Positions 27,688-39,339 of a DNA stretch of 64,000 nt are shown here, in pieces. The DNA is from Holosporales bacterium (GTDB lineage Bacteria > Pseudomonadota > Alphaproteobacteria > UBA3830 > JAIRWN01), in NCBI GenBank assembly GCA_031267535.1, contig JAIRYS010000010.1, forward strand, positions 124 to 64,123. The letters are read 5' to 3'. The notes under the pieces were generated by a model. That model ran no database searches and was not told the origin of the DNA. It was given only the letters and a program-made list of their open reading frames with translations. Both the position numbers and the translations under genes were made by a program. Position 1 is the stretch's first letter, and every line of letters begins with the position of its first letter.

Positions 27688-28166
27688 TTATTATGAATAA
27701 GCGTGTGAAGAAACACCACGGCAACGCCAATGCATATGGATGTATCGGCAATATTAAACGCTGGCCAGTGATATTCAAAAACGTGCCAGTCGATAAAGTC
27801 AACAACCGCCCCAATGCTAAGGCGATCAACTGCATTGCCAACAGCGCCACCCGCAATCAGCCCGGCAGATAAGGATACTGTAGCCTGCGGATTGCAGACA
27901 ACCCAGACGAGAAACGCGACAGCTGCTACTATGGCCAATAAGGCCAGCGCCAACGATCCCTCGACATGCATATTTTGCAGAAAGCCAAAGCTTACGCCGC
28001 GGTTATAGACCAAGCATATATTAAACCACGAGGTTAAGTATAATTCTTTAGACAGCAAGGCGCGATCGAAATAGTCCATAACAATGTGCTTAGTCCATTG
28101 ATCTAAAAATAACACTGCCGCTGCTATTAATACCGCAAGCGATAAAGCTTTTAATTTTCTATACAC
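27663..28166 (-). CDS. lspA: Lipoprotein signal peptidase (signal peptidase II)
   Basis: 167 aa with motifs LDQWTK, YNRGVSFG, GNAVDR and AFNIAD. It overlaps the ileS stop by 8 nt, the classic ileS-lspA arrangement. Confidence 0.9.
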   Translation of the reverse strand: MYRKLKALSLAVLIAAAVLFLDQWTKHIVMDYFDRALLSKELYLTSWFNICLVYNRGVSFGFLQNMHVEGSLALALLAIVAAVAFLVWVVCNPQATVSLSAGLIAGGAVGNAVDRLSIGAVVDFIDWHVFEYHWPAFNIADTSICIGVAVVFLHTLIHNKCQSKTIL

Positions 28167-31071
28167 GAATTATTGCCGCACACCTGTCGCATACTTCTTC
28201 AGGATTTTGTTCAACTTCCGGCAAGACTTTCCAGCAACGCTGACACTTTTCCCCATTGGCAGGAACAACTTCAATACCGCAAGAAATTGCTTCATCTACG
28301 ACGCAAGCGTCTGCAGGAGGGTTAGAATTCTTGATATCGACCGAAGAGGTAATAAACAGCTCGGCCCAATCCTTTGCCGAAAGACCTAAACCAGAAATGA
28401 TTGCCTCTGGGTCATACAGGACGATACTGGCCTGAAGGCTTGAGCCAATAACTTTGTTTTCCCTGGCGCGTTCAAGTCCGGCTGTTGCCGTCGTACGGAA
28501 AGCTTTAATCAGCCTCCACTTGGCTTCACGCTCTGGACTGTACCATTGTGCAGGAACTACCGGCATGTTTTGCATATGGATACTGTCTGCCTCAGGACGT
28601 CTGGTCAACCAAGCTTCTTCCGCTGTAAAAGATACTATCGGAGCCAGCCATTTAACAACAATATCGAACAGAACAGATAAAGTTTGACGATATGCTTTGC
28701 GCTTAGGATCGTCAGCGTCGTCACAATATAAACAGTCTTTTCTGACGTCGAAATAAAACGCTGATAAATCGGCGCTGCAAAAATTATGTATCTCGGTAAC
28801 GATACGATTAAGGGCAAACGTTTCAACCTGCTCTCGAATAAAATTATCCAAATATGCGACTTTGTGCAGCGTCCACTTATCCAACTCCGTCAGTAGATCA
28901 TAGTCAAATTGGCCGTCATCAAATTGATCCAGCGCGCCCAGCATATAGCGTAGAGTGTTTCTAATCCGCCGGTATATATCTTCTTGCTGCTTAAGAATAG
29001 TTGGGCCAAACTTCATATCCTCAGTGTATTCGTTGTTGACGGCCCAAAGCCGCATTATGTCGGCTCCGTTTTTGCTGACAATATCCATTGGATCAATGAC
29101 GTTACCAAGCGACTTGGACATCTTATAACCCTGCTCGTCCACCACAAATCCATGCGTAAGCACAGACTTATATGGAGCGCTGTCATAAGTCGCGCAAGCG
29201 TGTAAAAGCGACGCTTGAAACCAGCCCCTATGTTGATCCGAGCCTTCAAGATAAAGATCAGCCGGCCACGCCAGTTCTTCGCGGTTTTTAAGAACATAGG
29301 CATGAGTACTTCCGCTTTCAAGCCAGACGTCGACTATGTCGAACACTTGCTCAAAATCACTGGCTTTATATTTATCGCCAAGAAAATCTTGTGCCGGGTG
29401 GCTGTACCAAGCGTCAGTTCCTTCTTTTTCTATTATCGAAGCCGTTCTGTCTATTACAGACTGATCTTTCAGTATGTCGCCAGTTTTTTTATCGATAAAC
29501 ATGGTTAAAGGAACGCCCCAGGTACGCTGTCTTGATATGCACCAATCGCCGCGAGAACTGACAAACGACTTTATCCTGTTATACCCCTGGCTAGGCAGCC
29601 ATCTTACATCTTCAATCGCCTTGAGGGCTTTTTTACGCAGATCAGTTTTATCCAAGCTTATAAACCACTGCTTGGTTGTACGGTATATAAGCGGAGCCTT
29701 CGATCGCCACGAATGGGGATAACTGTGCAAGATCTCCTTAGCCGCCAACAAAGTTCCAGGACGTTTGCGCAGTTGATCAAGGATATCCTGCTCTACTTTG
29801 AAAATATGTTTGCCGGCAAATATCGGCACACAGTCGTAATAGCAGCCGCCATCGTCCACCGTTTGCACCACCGGAACGCCATATTTCTTACAAACATAAA
29901 AGTCGTCTAATCCATGTCCTGGGGCCGTATGAACTAAGCCTGTGCCCGAATCTGCAGTTACGTGCCGACCCTCAAGCAAAAGAATATCAAAGTCATAACC
30001 CATCCCTGCCCAAGGGTGTTGATCGTAAAAGTCATTTGGCCCTTCGTCACTAGGCTCCATCTGCCCTGAGCCTCTACCAGGGTCAGAGGTAACATGCTTA
30101 CCGTCAATAAGCGCAACGTCAAAGTTATATCCCACTCCTGCCAGAGGATGCTGACAGACAACTTGCTTCAGCTCGTCTGAGCTTACCTGCCGAATTACAG
30201 TATGGTCGCTTGCTTCGATATCCTTGAGGAAACGGTCTTTTAGCTCTTCTGCTATTATTAATTTGGTATTTAGATTCCTGTCCTCCAGACAGCCGTTGAC
30301 CGAGATAAGCAGGTATTTTATTTTATCTGAAAATGAGATCGCCCTGTTGCCCGGCAAAGTCCAAGGTGTGGTGGTCCATATAACACAGGACGCATCGAGT
30401 AGGTCGCTCGAAGGAGTCTTTTTAATCTTAAAAGCCACATATATGCTTGCAGACTTTTTGTCTTTGTACTCAAGCTCTGCTTCAGCCAGAGCGGTCTTTT
30501 CAATTACGGACCATAAAACCGGTCTCTCGCCGCGATATATGGCCCCGCTCATCAGCAATTTGCCAAACTCGCGGACCATAATCGCTTCGTTTTTGGGATC
30601 CATGGTTAAGTATGGATTTTCCCAGTCGCCCAGCGATCCCAGACGCTTGAAGATGCTTTTTTGGACGTCGATCCAATAGCTTGCAAAATCGCGACACATT
30701 TTGCGAAATTGAATCGTGTCCGGCTTATCTTGCTTCTTGTCCTTAAGTTGCTCCGCTACTTTCCATTCAATTGGTAAGCCGTGACAATCCCACCCAGGCA
30801 CAAACGGAGCATCGTACCCCTGCATTTGCTTAAATTTTATCACCGCATCTTTAAGAATGCGATTTAAGGCTGTTCCCGCATGTGGCGATCCATTAGCGAA
30901 CGGAGGGCCGTCGTGCAAAATGAACTTTGGCCGTCCCTTGAATTTAGCCCGAATCTTCTGATACAAGCCGTCCTTTTCCCAACGACCGAAGATTTCCTGC
31001 TCTTTATCCGGTAAAGCTCCTTTCATTGAGAACGATGTATTAGGCAGGAAAACTGTCGATTTATAGTCCAT
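28159..31071 (-). CDS. ileS: Isoleucine--tRNA ligase (type 1, C-terminal zinc motif), atypical
   Basis: It begins MDYKSTVFLPNTSFSMKG at the ATG at 31071; the longer ORF to 31170 would overlap atpD. It has KMSKS and a C-terminal CQRCW...CDRC. The HIGH position reads PHAGT, and there is an internal 44-codon tandem duplication (see findings). Confidence 0.9.
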   Translation of the reverse strand: MDYKSTVFLPNTSFSMKGALPDKEQEIFGRWEKDGLYQKIRAKFKGRPKFILHDGPPFANGSPHAGTALNRILKDAVIKFKQMQGYDAPFVPGWDCHGLPIEWKVAEQLKDKKQDKPDTIQFRKMCRDFASYWIDVQKSIFKRLGSLGDWENPYLTMDPKNEAIMVREFGKLLMSGAIYRGERPVLWSVIEKTALAEAELEYKDKKSASIYVAFKIKKTPSSDLLDASCVIWTTTPWTLPGNRAISFSDKIKYLLISVNGCLEDRNLNTKLIIAEELKDRFLKDIEASDHTVIRQVSSDELKQVVCQHPLAGVGYNFDVALIDGKHVTSDPGRGSGQMEPSDEGPNDFYDQHPWAGMGYDFDILLLEGRHVTADSGTGLVHTAPGHGLDDFYVCKKYGVPVVQTVDDGGCYYDCVPIFAGKHIFKVEQDILDQLRKRPGTLLAAKEILHSYPHSWRSKAPLIYRTTKQWFISLDKTDLRKKALKAIEDVRWLPSQGYNRIKSFVSSRGDWCISRQRTWGVPLTMFIDKKTGDILKDQSVIDRTASIIEKEGTDAWYSHPAQDFLGDKYKASDFEQVFDIVDVWLESGSTHAYVLKNREELAWPADLYLEGSDQHRGWFQASLLHACATYDSAPYKSVLTHGFVVDEQGYKMSKSLGNVIDPMDIVSKNGADIMRLWAVNNEYTEDMKFGPTILKQQEDIYRRIRNTLRYMLGALDQFDDGQFDYDLLTELDKWTLHKVAYLDNFIREQVETFALNRIVTEIHNFCSADLSAFYFDVRKDCLYCDDADDPKRKAYRQTLSVLFDIVVKWLAPIVSFTAEEAWLTRRPEADSIHMQNMPVVPAQWYSPEREAKWRLIKAFRTTATAGLERARENKVIGSSLQASIVLYDPEAIISGLGLSAKDWAELFITSSVDIKNSNPPADACVVDEAISCGIEVVPANGEKCQRCWKVLPEVEQNPEEVCDRCAAIIRV
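29890..30153 (-). repeat. In-frame tandem duplication (2 x 132 bp) inside ileS
   Basis: The two peptide units are QHPLAGVGYNFDVALIDGKHVTSDPGRGSGQMEPSDEGPNDFYD and QHPWAGMGYDFDILLLEGRHVTADSGTGLVHTAPGHGLDDFYV. The Gln codons are at 30151-30153 and 30019-30021, a period of 132 nt. Only the second unit keeps the canonical GTG.VHTAPGHG.DD block. Confidence 0.8.
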
Positions 31072-31079
31072 ATAAAAAC

Positions 31080-33397
<2,318 letters not shown>

Positions 33398-33398
33398 C

Positions 33399-34952
33399 TC
33401 AGCAAGACTCGCTAGCTTTTAGTTTCTTAAGGTAGTCTTCGGTAAAATCTTTCAAGAAAGAGTTTAGCTCCTCAGCTGTTTCTTTGCTTAAAGTTCTGGT
33501 TTTCTTGATTGACTCTACAATCTCAGGATGAGTAGTCCTGACTTTTTGCAGCAGTTGTTCCTCAAAATCTTGGACAAGATTAACCGGCACTTCGTCCAGG
33601 TATCCATGCACGCCGCTGAAAATACTGATCACTTGATCTTCCATACTAAGCGGATGGTACTGATCTTGTTTAAGCAGCATGGTTAGATGCTCGCCACGCC
33701 CCAAAAGCTTTCGGGTAGATTGGTCAAGATCCGAACTAAATTGAGAAAAAGCGGCCATCTCTCTGTACTGGGCCAAATCCATTTTGATACCAGACGCTAC
33801 GCTCTTCATTGATTTAGGCTGGGCTGCGGATCCTACACGACTGACGGAAATCCCGATATTCACCGCCGGTCTTATGCCTTTGAAAAACAACTCGGTTTCC
33901 AGGAAAATCTGCCCATCGGTGATTGATATAACGTTGGTCGGAATATATGCAGATACATCTCCGGCTTGTGTTTCTATAATCGGCAGAGCTGTAAGCGACC
34001 CGCCCCCATGCTTATCATCAAGCTTAGCCGCCCGTTCTAATAATCTGGAGTGGATGAAGAACACGTCTCCTGGATACGCTTCCCTTCCAGGTGGACGACG
34101 CAAAAGCAGCGACATCTGACGGTAAGCAACTGCGTGCTTAGACAAATCGTCATAAACAATCAAAGCATGCATACCATTATCGCGGAAATACTCGCCTATC
34201 GTGCATCCGGTATATGGGGCCATAAACTGCATGGGCGCTGGATCTGAGGCTGTGGCCGCTACCACGACGGAATATTCCATCGCCCCGGCGTCCTCAAGGA
34301 TCTTAACGACCCGGGCTACAGATGAACGCTTTTGCCCTATCACTACATAGATACAATATAGTTTCTCGTTTTCTGCGCCATGCTTGAACGACTCGCGCTG
34401 ATTTATAATCGCGTCAATAGCTATTGCAGTTTTGCCGGTTTGCCGGTCGCCTATGATAAGTTCTCTCTGCCCGCGTCCTATAGGCACTAAAGCGTCAACG
34501 GCTTTTATTCCAGTCTGCATAGGCTCATGCACAGATTTTCTTGCAATAATGCCCGGGGCGTTTGCCTCAGCACGACGGCGTTCTGACGTCTCAATCGGTC
34601 CCTTGCCATCTATTGGATTACCAAGACCGTCAACAATTCGCCCCAAAAGGGCTTTTCCCACACCAACTTCGACGATTTGACCGGTGCGACTGACTTCGTC
34701 GCCTTCTTTTACTTTGCTGTCCTCACCGAACAACACAATGCCGACAGAATCGCTGTCTAGGTTAAGGGCCATCCCTTTTATGCCAGAACTAAATTGCAAC
34801 ATCTCGCCGTACTGCACATTATCGAGCCCAGTTGCATGTACAACTCCGTCGCCTACGGATATTACTTTGCCAACCTCAGACAGATCGAACTTTTTATTCA
34901 AATCGGCCAAACGCTCCTTCAGTTTGGACGATATTTCCGCTGTGTTAAGCAT
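33399..34952 (-). CDS. atpA: F1 ATP synthase subunit alpha
   Basis: 517 aa with the P-loop [26 protein letters not shown]-like (here [12 protein letters not shown]) and ITDGQIFL. Confidence 0.97.
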   Translation of the reverse strand: MLNTAEISSKLKERLADLNKKFDLSEVGKVISVGDGVVHATGLDNVQYGEMLQFSSGIKGMALNLDSDSVGIVLFGEDSKVKEGDEVSRTGQIVEVGVGKALLGRIVDGLGNPIDGKGPIETSERRRAEANAPGIIARKSVHEPMQTGIKAVDALVPIGRGQRELIIGDRQTGKTAIAIDAIINQRESFKHGAENEKLYCIYVVIGQKRSSVARVVKILEDAGAMEYSVVVAATASDPAPMQFMAPYTGCTIGEYFRDNGMHALIVYDDLSKHAVAYRQMSLLLRRPPGREAYPGDVFFIHSRLLERAAKLDDKHGGGSLTALPIIETQAGDVSAYIPTNVISITDGQIFLETELFFKGIRPAVNIGISVSRVGSAAQPKSMKSVASGIKMDLAQYREMAAFSQFSSDLDQSTRKLLGRGEHLTMLLKQDQYHPLSMEDQVISIFSGVHGYLDEVPVNLVQDFEEQLLQKVRTTHPEIVESIKKTRTLSKETAEELNSFLKDFTEDYLKKLKASESC

Positions 34953-35508
34953 AGGCTTCTCCTGTTATTGCGTTCCTAACACGCTGCAATCTGCTTCTAA
35001 GCGAAGCGTCGATCAAACATGACCCAATCTTCAAAGTGAATCCGGCCACCAACTCGCTGTCCTGTCGCCAGTCAATCAGCAATTTTCTGCTAAACAGTTC
35101 TTCAAGCTTTGTTTTAAGATCGGCGAGTTCTTTGCTCTTAATCTCTTGAGCCGACACAACTTCTACACGCCTGATTCCTTGTGCAATCAAGCATGTTTCG
35201 TAAGCTTTTTCGATGACCTGCGGGAAAAACCCAAGCCTTTGATTTTCATGCATAATGTCTATTAAATTACGAAAAACCTCTGGCAGATTTTTAAGCGTGC
35301 TTTTAACGGCGTCAAACATCTCATCATACAGATCTGCTGCGCGAAACACCTGGATCATGCTTGGGGAAGCGTTATCGTCAGCTTTAAGCAAATTAAGCAG
35401 CTCAGCCATACATTCAACATTAACGTCCAGATCTGCGGCCATCTCTTCCGTAAGAAGCTTGGTGAGAGCGCTTGTATAGTTGCTGACAACGGATTTTCTG
35501 AACGACAT
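34945..35508 (-). CDS. atpH: F1 ATP synthase subunit delta (OSCP)
   Basis: 187 aa. It is the first gene of the atpHAGD block and overlaps the atpA start by 8 nt. It has a helical OSCP-like pattern, with the C-terminus ...[23 protein letters not shown]. Confidence 0.85.
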   Translation of the reverse strand: MSFRKSVVSNYTSALTKLLTEEMAADLDVNVECMAELLNLLKADDNASPSMIQVFRAADLYDEMFDAVKSTLKNLPEVFRNLIDIMHENQRLGFFPQVIEKAYETCLIAQGIRRVEVVSAQEIKSKELADLKTKLEELFSRKLLIDWRQDSELVAGFTLKIGSCLIDASLRSRLQRVRNAITGEAYA

Positions 35509-35707
35509 TACTGTTTAGAACACGAAAAAACGCTTGCATTCTTCTAGCACATTTGACCAGATTTTTGCAAGGGCAGTATGCTCAACACAATCAATCAAAG
35601 GGCCAGAACTGTAACTTAAGCGAGCTCAGCCATAAAAATACAACGAAAGGTTGAAACAAAATTATAAAAATACTAGCATTAAGAAAATATGCAGGAGGAA
35701 AGATAAA

Positions 35708-36199
35708 ATGCTTTGGAGATGGATAAGGGCTGTTATTGCGCTCCCGTTTAATGTCTTGGTGGTCGCCCCCGTAATTATACTTGCCATTGCCGATTATCAT
35801 TGGAAGTTTAATGAAATATATCTGATGATTATCGGCGCGGTGCTATTAGTGATCGGATTATTTTTAGCCGGATGGACTATGTGGCTTTTCGCTCAGAAAG
35901 GAAAAGGAACCGCCGCCCCTTGGGATCCTCCTAAAAAATTGGTCGTTGCCGGCCCCTATTGTTATGTCAGAAACCCAATGATATTGAGCGTACTGATTAT
36001 GCTAGTCGCCGAGTCGTTGCTGCTGAATTCCTGGCATATTTTCATTTGGTCGATTGTGTTTTTGGTAGGGAATTTGGTTTATTTCCCGCTGGTTGAAGAG
36101 AAAAAATTAGAAAAAAGCTTTGGTGTGGATTATTTGAATTATAAGTTTGGCGTGCCTCGCTGGATTCCAAGACTAACGGCCTGGAAGCAGAATAGTTGA
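35708..36199 (+). CDS. Isoprenylcysteine carboxyl / phospholipid methyltransferase-family membrane protein
   Basis: Polytopic protein with the C-terminal signature GPYCYVRNPMILSVLIMLV...EEKKLEKSFGVDYLNYKFGVPRWIPR. The ATG at 35708 is preferred over the TTG at 35651. Confidence 0.7.
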   Translation: MLWRWIRAVIALPFNVLVVAPVIILAIADYHWKFNEIYLMIIGAVLLVIGLFLAGWTMWLFAQKGKGTAAPWDPPKKLVVAGPYCYVRNPMILSVLIMLVAESLLLNSWHIFIWSIVFLVGNLVYFPLVEEKKLEKSFGVDYLNYKFGVPRWIPRLTAWKQNS

Positions 36200-36216
36200 T
36201 TTAAAAGCGGAGACTA

Positions 36217-36738
36217 GTGCGTTTAAGTCATCCGTTTGATCTGATTTTTGATAAAAACTCATCCATTTTGGTGCTAGGAACGTTTCCGTCGGTAAAATCG
36301 CGAGAGCAAGGTTTTTATTATGGGCATCCGCAGAATAGATTTTGGAAGGTAATTGCGGACGTTACAGATGCCGCTCCTTTTCCGGAAACAATCTCTGCTA
36401 AAAAACAAATGCTCCTCGCGAACAAAAAGGAAATTGCTCTTGGGGACGTAGTGCAAAGTTGCGATATTGAAGGCTCGGGCGACAACAGTATAAAAAATCC
36501 AACGCCAACCGATTTATCAAAGATATTAAATAACGCAAGTATTGAAAGTATCTTCGCGAACGGAGATAAAGCCTATCAATTGCTTATCAAGTATTACGGC
36601 AAAATCTTAAATCAAAATATTATAAAACTGCCTTCGACAAGCCCTGCCAACGCAAAATATAGTCTTGAACAACTAATTGTTGCGTGGGGGCGGATATTTG
36701 ATAAAAGCAGCTTTGTTATTCTTTATCTGAATAATTGA
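36217..36738 (+). CDS. DNA-deoxyinosine (hypoxanthine) glycosylase, UDG superfamily
   Basis: 173 aa. The motifs ILVLGTFPSVKSREQGFYYGHPQNRFW and LPSTSPANA match the family-6 UDG / hypoxanthine-DNA glycosylase pattern. The 3' end overlaps convergent trpS by 23 nt. Confidence 0.7.
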   Translation: MRLSHPFDLIFDKNSSILVLGTFPSVKSREQGFYYGHPQNRFWKVIADVTDAAPFPETISAKKQMLLANKKEIALGDVVQSCDIEGSGDNSIKNPTPTDLSKILNNASIESIFANGDKAYQLLIKYYGKILNQNIIKLPSTSPANAKYSLEQLIVAWGRIFDKSSFVILYLNN

Positions 36739-37717
36739 CGCCCATAGCGGTGCGGACCTGAACCATGGTTCTAGCCGCGGCTAGTTTAGCTTCGTTGATT
36801 CCTGTTCTAAGTACGTCGAAAATATGATCTCTTTTCAGACTAAAGCGTTTTTCGTGAATTGGGGTTAGCAAATTTTGCAAAACATCATTCAAAATTCCTT
36901 TTACAACTGTGTCCCCTAGACCGCCGCGTCTGTATTTGGCTTTCAGGTCCTCCACTTCGCCTTTGTCTGGATGAAATGCGTCGAGATAGGTAAACACCAC
37001 GTTACCTTCGACCTTACCAGGATCGCTGGCGCGTATATGATCCGGGTCGGTAAACATAGAAAAGACTTTTTCCTTAATCACATTTGGCTCGTCAGAAAGA
37101 AAAATAGCGTTACCCAAAGACTTGCTGGCTTTGGCTTGTCCGTCAATACCGACCAACCTTGGGGTCTTACTTAAAAGCGGCTTGGATTCTTTCAGGCAAT
37201 CAGTGTTGTAAATGCCGTTAAATCGCCGAACAATCTCATTGGCTTGCTCGATCATCGGAATTTGATCTTCGCCCACGGGAATCAGTTCTGCCTGAAACGT
37301 CGCAATATCAGCCGATTGACTTATGGGATAGCACAAAAAACCAACTGGAATGACGTCTCCAAAATTCTTTTGACGTATTTCTGCCTTAACCGTTGGGTTG
37401 CGTTCAAGCCTTCCAAGATTGACCAGATTAAGGAAGTATATCGTTAGCTCGGCAATCTCAGGAATCTGAGACTGTATAAATATAGTCGTTTTTTTAGGGT
37501 CAATGCCGACCGCCAGGTAATCGTAAGCAAGTTCATATACGCTGCTGCGTATCTTATCAGGGGTATCAAAGTTATCAGTTAGCGCCTGGACGTCGGCAAT
37601 CATTACGTACTGTTTATGCTGATTTTGAAGATCTACTCGGTTCAGCAGCGACCCGATATAGTGTCCAAGATGTAAGCGACCTGACGGTCTGTCGGCAGTT
37701 AGGATTATTTTACCCAT
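36716..37717 (-). CDS. trpS: Tryptophan--tRNA ligase
   Basis: 333 aa with HIGH as GRLHLGHYIG, a KMSKS-type KASKS, and GEDQIPMIEQ. Confidence 0.95.
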   Translation of the reverse strand: MGKIILTADRPSGRLHLGHYIGSLLNRVDLQNQHKQYVMIADVQALTDNFDTPDKIRSSVYELAYDYLAVGIDPKKTTIFIQSQIPEIAELTIYFLNLVNLGRLERNPTVKAEIRQKNFGDVIPVGFLCYPISQSADIATFQAELIPVGEDQIPMIEQANEIVRRFNGIYNTDCLKESKPLLSKTPRLVGIDGQAKASKSLGNAIFLSDEPNVIKEKVFSMFTDPDHIRASDPGKVEGNVVFTYLDAFHPDKGEVEDLKAKYRRGGLGDTVVKGILNDVLQNLLTPIHEKRFSLKRDHIFDVLRTGINEAKLAAARTMVQVRTAMGVNYSDKE

Positions 37718-37721
37718 ACCC

Positions 37722-39311
37722 TTACTCTAATTCTCCTTCTTTTGTCGAATTATAGCTGGCGACTGTCTGTAATTCTTTTATTGCCTTAAAACAGCCAAGC
37801 GATTTTCCCAGTATCCAGAAAATCAGCCCGCTAACCGTTACAATCATAACCACTGTCATGGTTTGCGCAAAACTGCCGTACACATAAAGATTGATCGTGT
37901 ATAAGTCTATAATATATGCACTTGCTGCCATAACGCCCGAAGCAAGCAGTAACTTCAGGCAGACGATCCAACTTCTGCCAAGAATATGCAGCTGTTTCCG
38001 ACGCACCATTGCTGCATATAAAACCGCTACATTTATCCAGGAAGAGGTCGATATAGCAGCCGCGATACCTACGTGCCCAAGTCCAATTTGGCTAAAGGCT
38101 TGAATAAAAAAGAACGCAGATGCGATATTGGCTGTCAGGGCGATACTGCCGGCTATGACCGGAGTTTTAATATTCTTTTGTGCAAAAAAGGCGGTAGAAA
38201 GTATTTTGGTCAGTATATAAGACGGCAGCCCTAAGGCGAAGGCAGTCAAAACCGGCGCGGCACTATGTATCTCAGCTGAGCCAAACTTGCCATGTCCATA
38301 AAAAGCCGCGGTAATCGGCTCTGCCAGAACTGACAGTACAACTGTCGCCGGAAGAATCAGGGCTAGTCCAAAAATAATACCCATATTAAACTGAGCGTTA
38401 CCTTTCCTTAAATCTTTGTTTTGCAAAAATTTTGTCAGCGGCGGTAGCAACACTGTACCAAGAGACACCCCTATAATCCCGAGAGGAATTTGGTTAATGT
38501 GGTCGGTATAATACACGTATGAAACAGATCCCGACGGCAGAAATGATGCTAAACTGATACAGCCGATAAAAACGTTGATCTGCCAAACGCCAGCGCCCAC
38601 TGCGCCAGGTATAATGCGCTTAATTATCGCAGCGGCTTCTGCTGATGGCTTTCTGGTTGTTATCCTGACATTTATTCCGCATCTGTTGACATTGATCCAA
38701 AGTATCATTACCTGCAGGATACCAGCCGTCATTGTCGCCCAAGCCATCATGTTTCCGACCTTTGGCAATTCGAAGTATCCAAAAAGCAGCGCCATAATCA
38801 GGCATATGTTCAACATCATCTGAACGGCAGCCGGTACGGCGAATTTATTGAATGCATTCAGTATTCCTCCAAACAAGGCCGCAATGAACGATGTAATGGC
38901 AAAAGGAAAACATATGTATCCAAATTCTACCGCATAGCTGTACTGCACGCTGCCAACGGCAAATCCCGGCGCCAGCGCCTTTATGAGGCTAGGGAAGCAA
39001 GATAGGCAAAGTACAGCAAAAATTGTTAGGATTAGCGCCAGTTGGGACAGGACTTGCGAAGCTAACACAGAAGCGGCAATTTTCCCGTCTTTGCTAAGTA
39101 CGTTGACAAATCTTGGCAGAAAAGCGGCGTTGAATGCGCCTTCAGCAAACAGTTTTCTTAGTAAATTAGCAAGCTTGAACGCAACTGCAAACGCATCAGT
39201 AATCGGTCCAGCCCCCAGTACAGCCGTCTGCAAAGCGTCCCTTATCACGCTGGTTATTCTGTAGAGCGTTGTATAACCGCCTACGGTAAATATAGACTTG
39301 ATTACATTCAC
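37722..39311 (-). CDS. murJ: Lipid II flippase MurJ
   Basis: 529-aa polytopic MOP-family protein. The N-terminus ...RDALQTAVLGAGPITDAFAVAFKLANLLRKLFAEGAFNAAFLP is MurJ-typical. Confidence 0.9.
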   Translation of the reverse strand: MNVIKSIFTVGGYTTLYRITSVIRDALQTAVLGAGPITDAFAVAFKLANLLRKLFAEGAFNAAFLPRFVNVLSKDGKIAASVLASQVLSQLALILTIFAVLCLSCFPSLIKALAPGFAVGSVQYSYAVEFGYICFPFAITSFIAALFGGILNAFNKFAVPAAVQMMLNICLIMALLFGYFELPKVGNMMAWATMTAGILQVMILWINVNRCGINVRITTRKPSAEAAAIIKRIIPGAVGAGVWQINVFIGCISLASFLPSGSVSYVYYTDHINQIPLGIIGVSLGTVLLPPLTKFLQNKDLRKGNAQFNMGIIFGLALILPATVVLSVLAEPITAAFYGHGKFGSAEIHSAAPVLTAFALGLPSYILTKILSTAFFAQKNIKTPVIAGSIALTANIASAFFFIQAFSQIGLGHVGIAAAISTSSWINVAVLYAAMVRRKQLHILGRSWIVCLKLLLASGVMAASAYIIDLYTINLYVYGSFAQTMTVVMIVTVSGLIFWILGKSLGCFKAIKELQTVASYNSTKEGELE

Positions 39312-39339
39312 TAAATCCGCCTCATACGCATATGTCTGC

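Noticed and set aside
26688-27700. Search for a dif-like XerC/D site near xerD, and for DnaA-box clusters anywhere in the window.
   Set aside because: By eye I found no 28-bp dif-like dyad (CATAAT...ATTATG core) and no TTATCCACA clusters. Absence by eye is weak evidence, so no feature is claimed.
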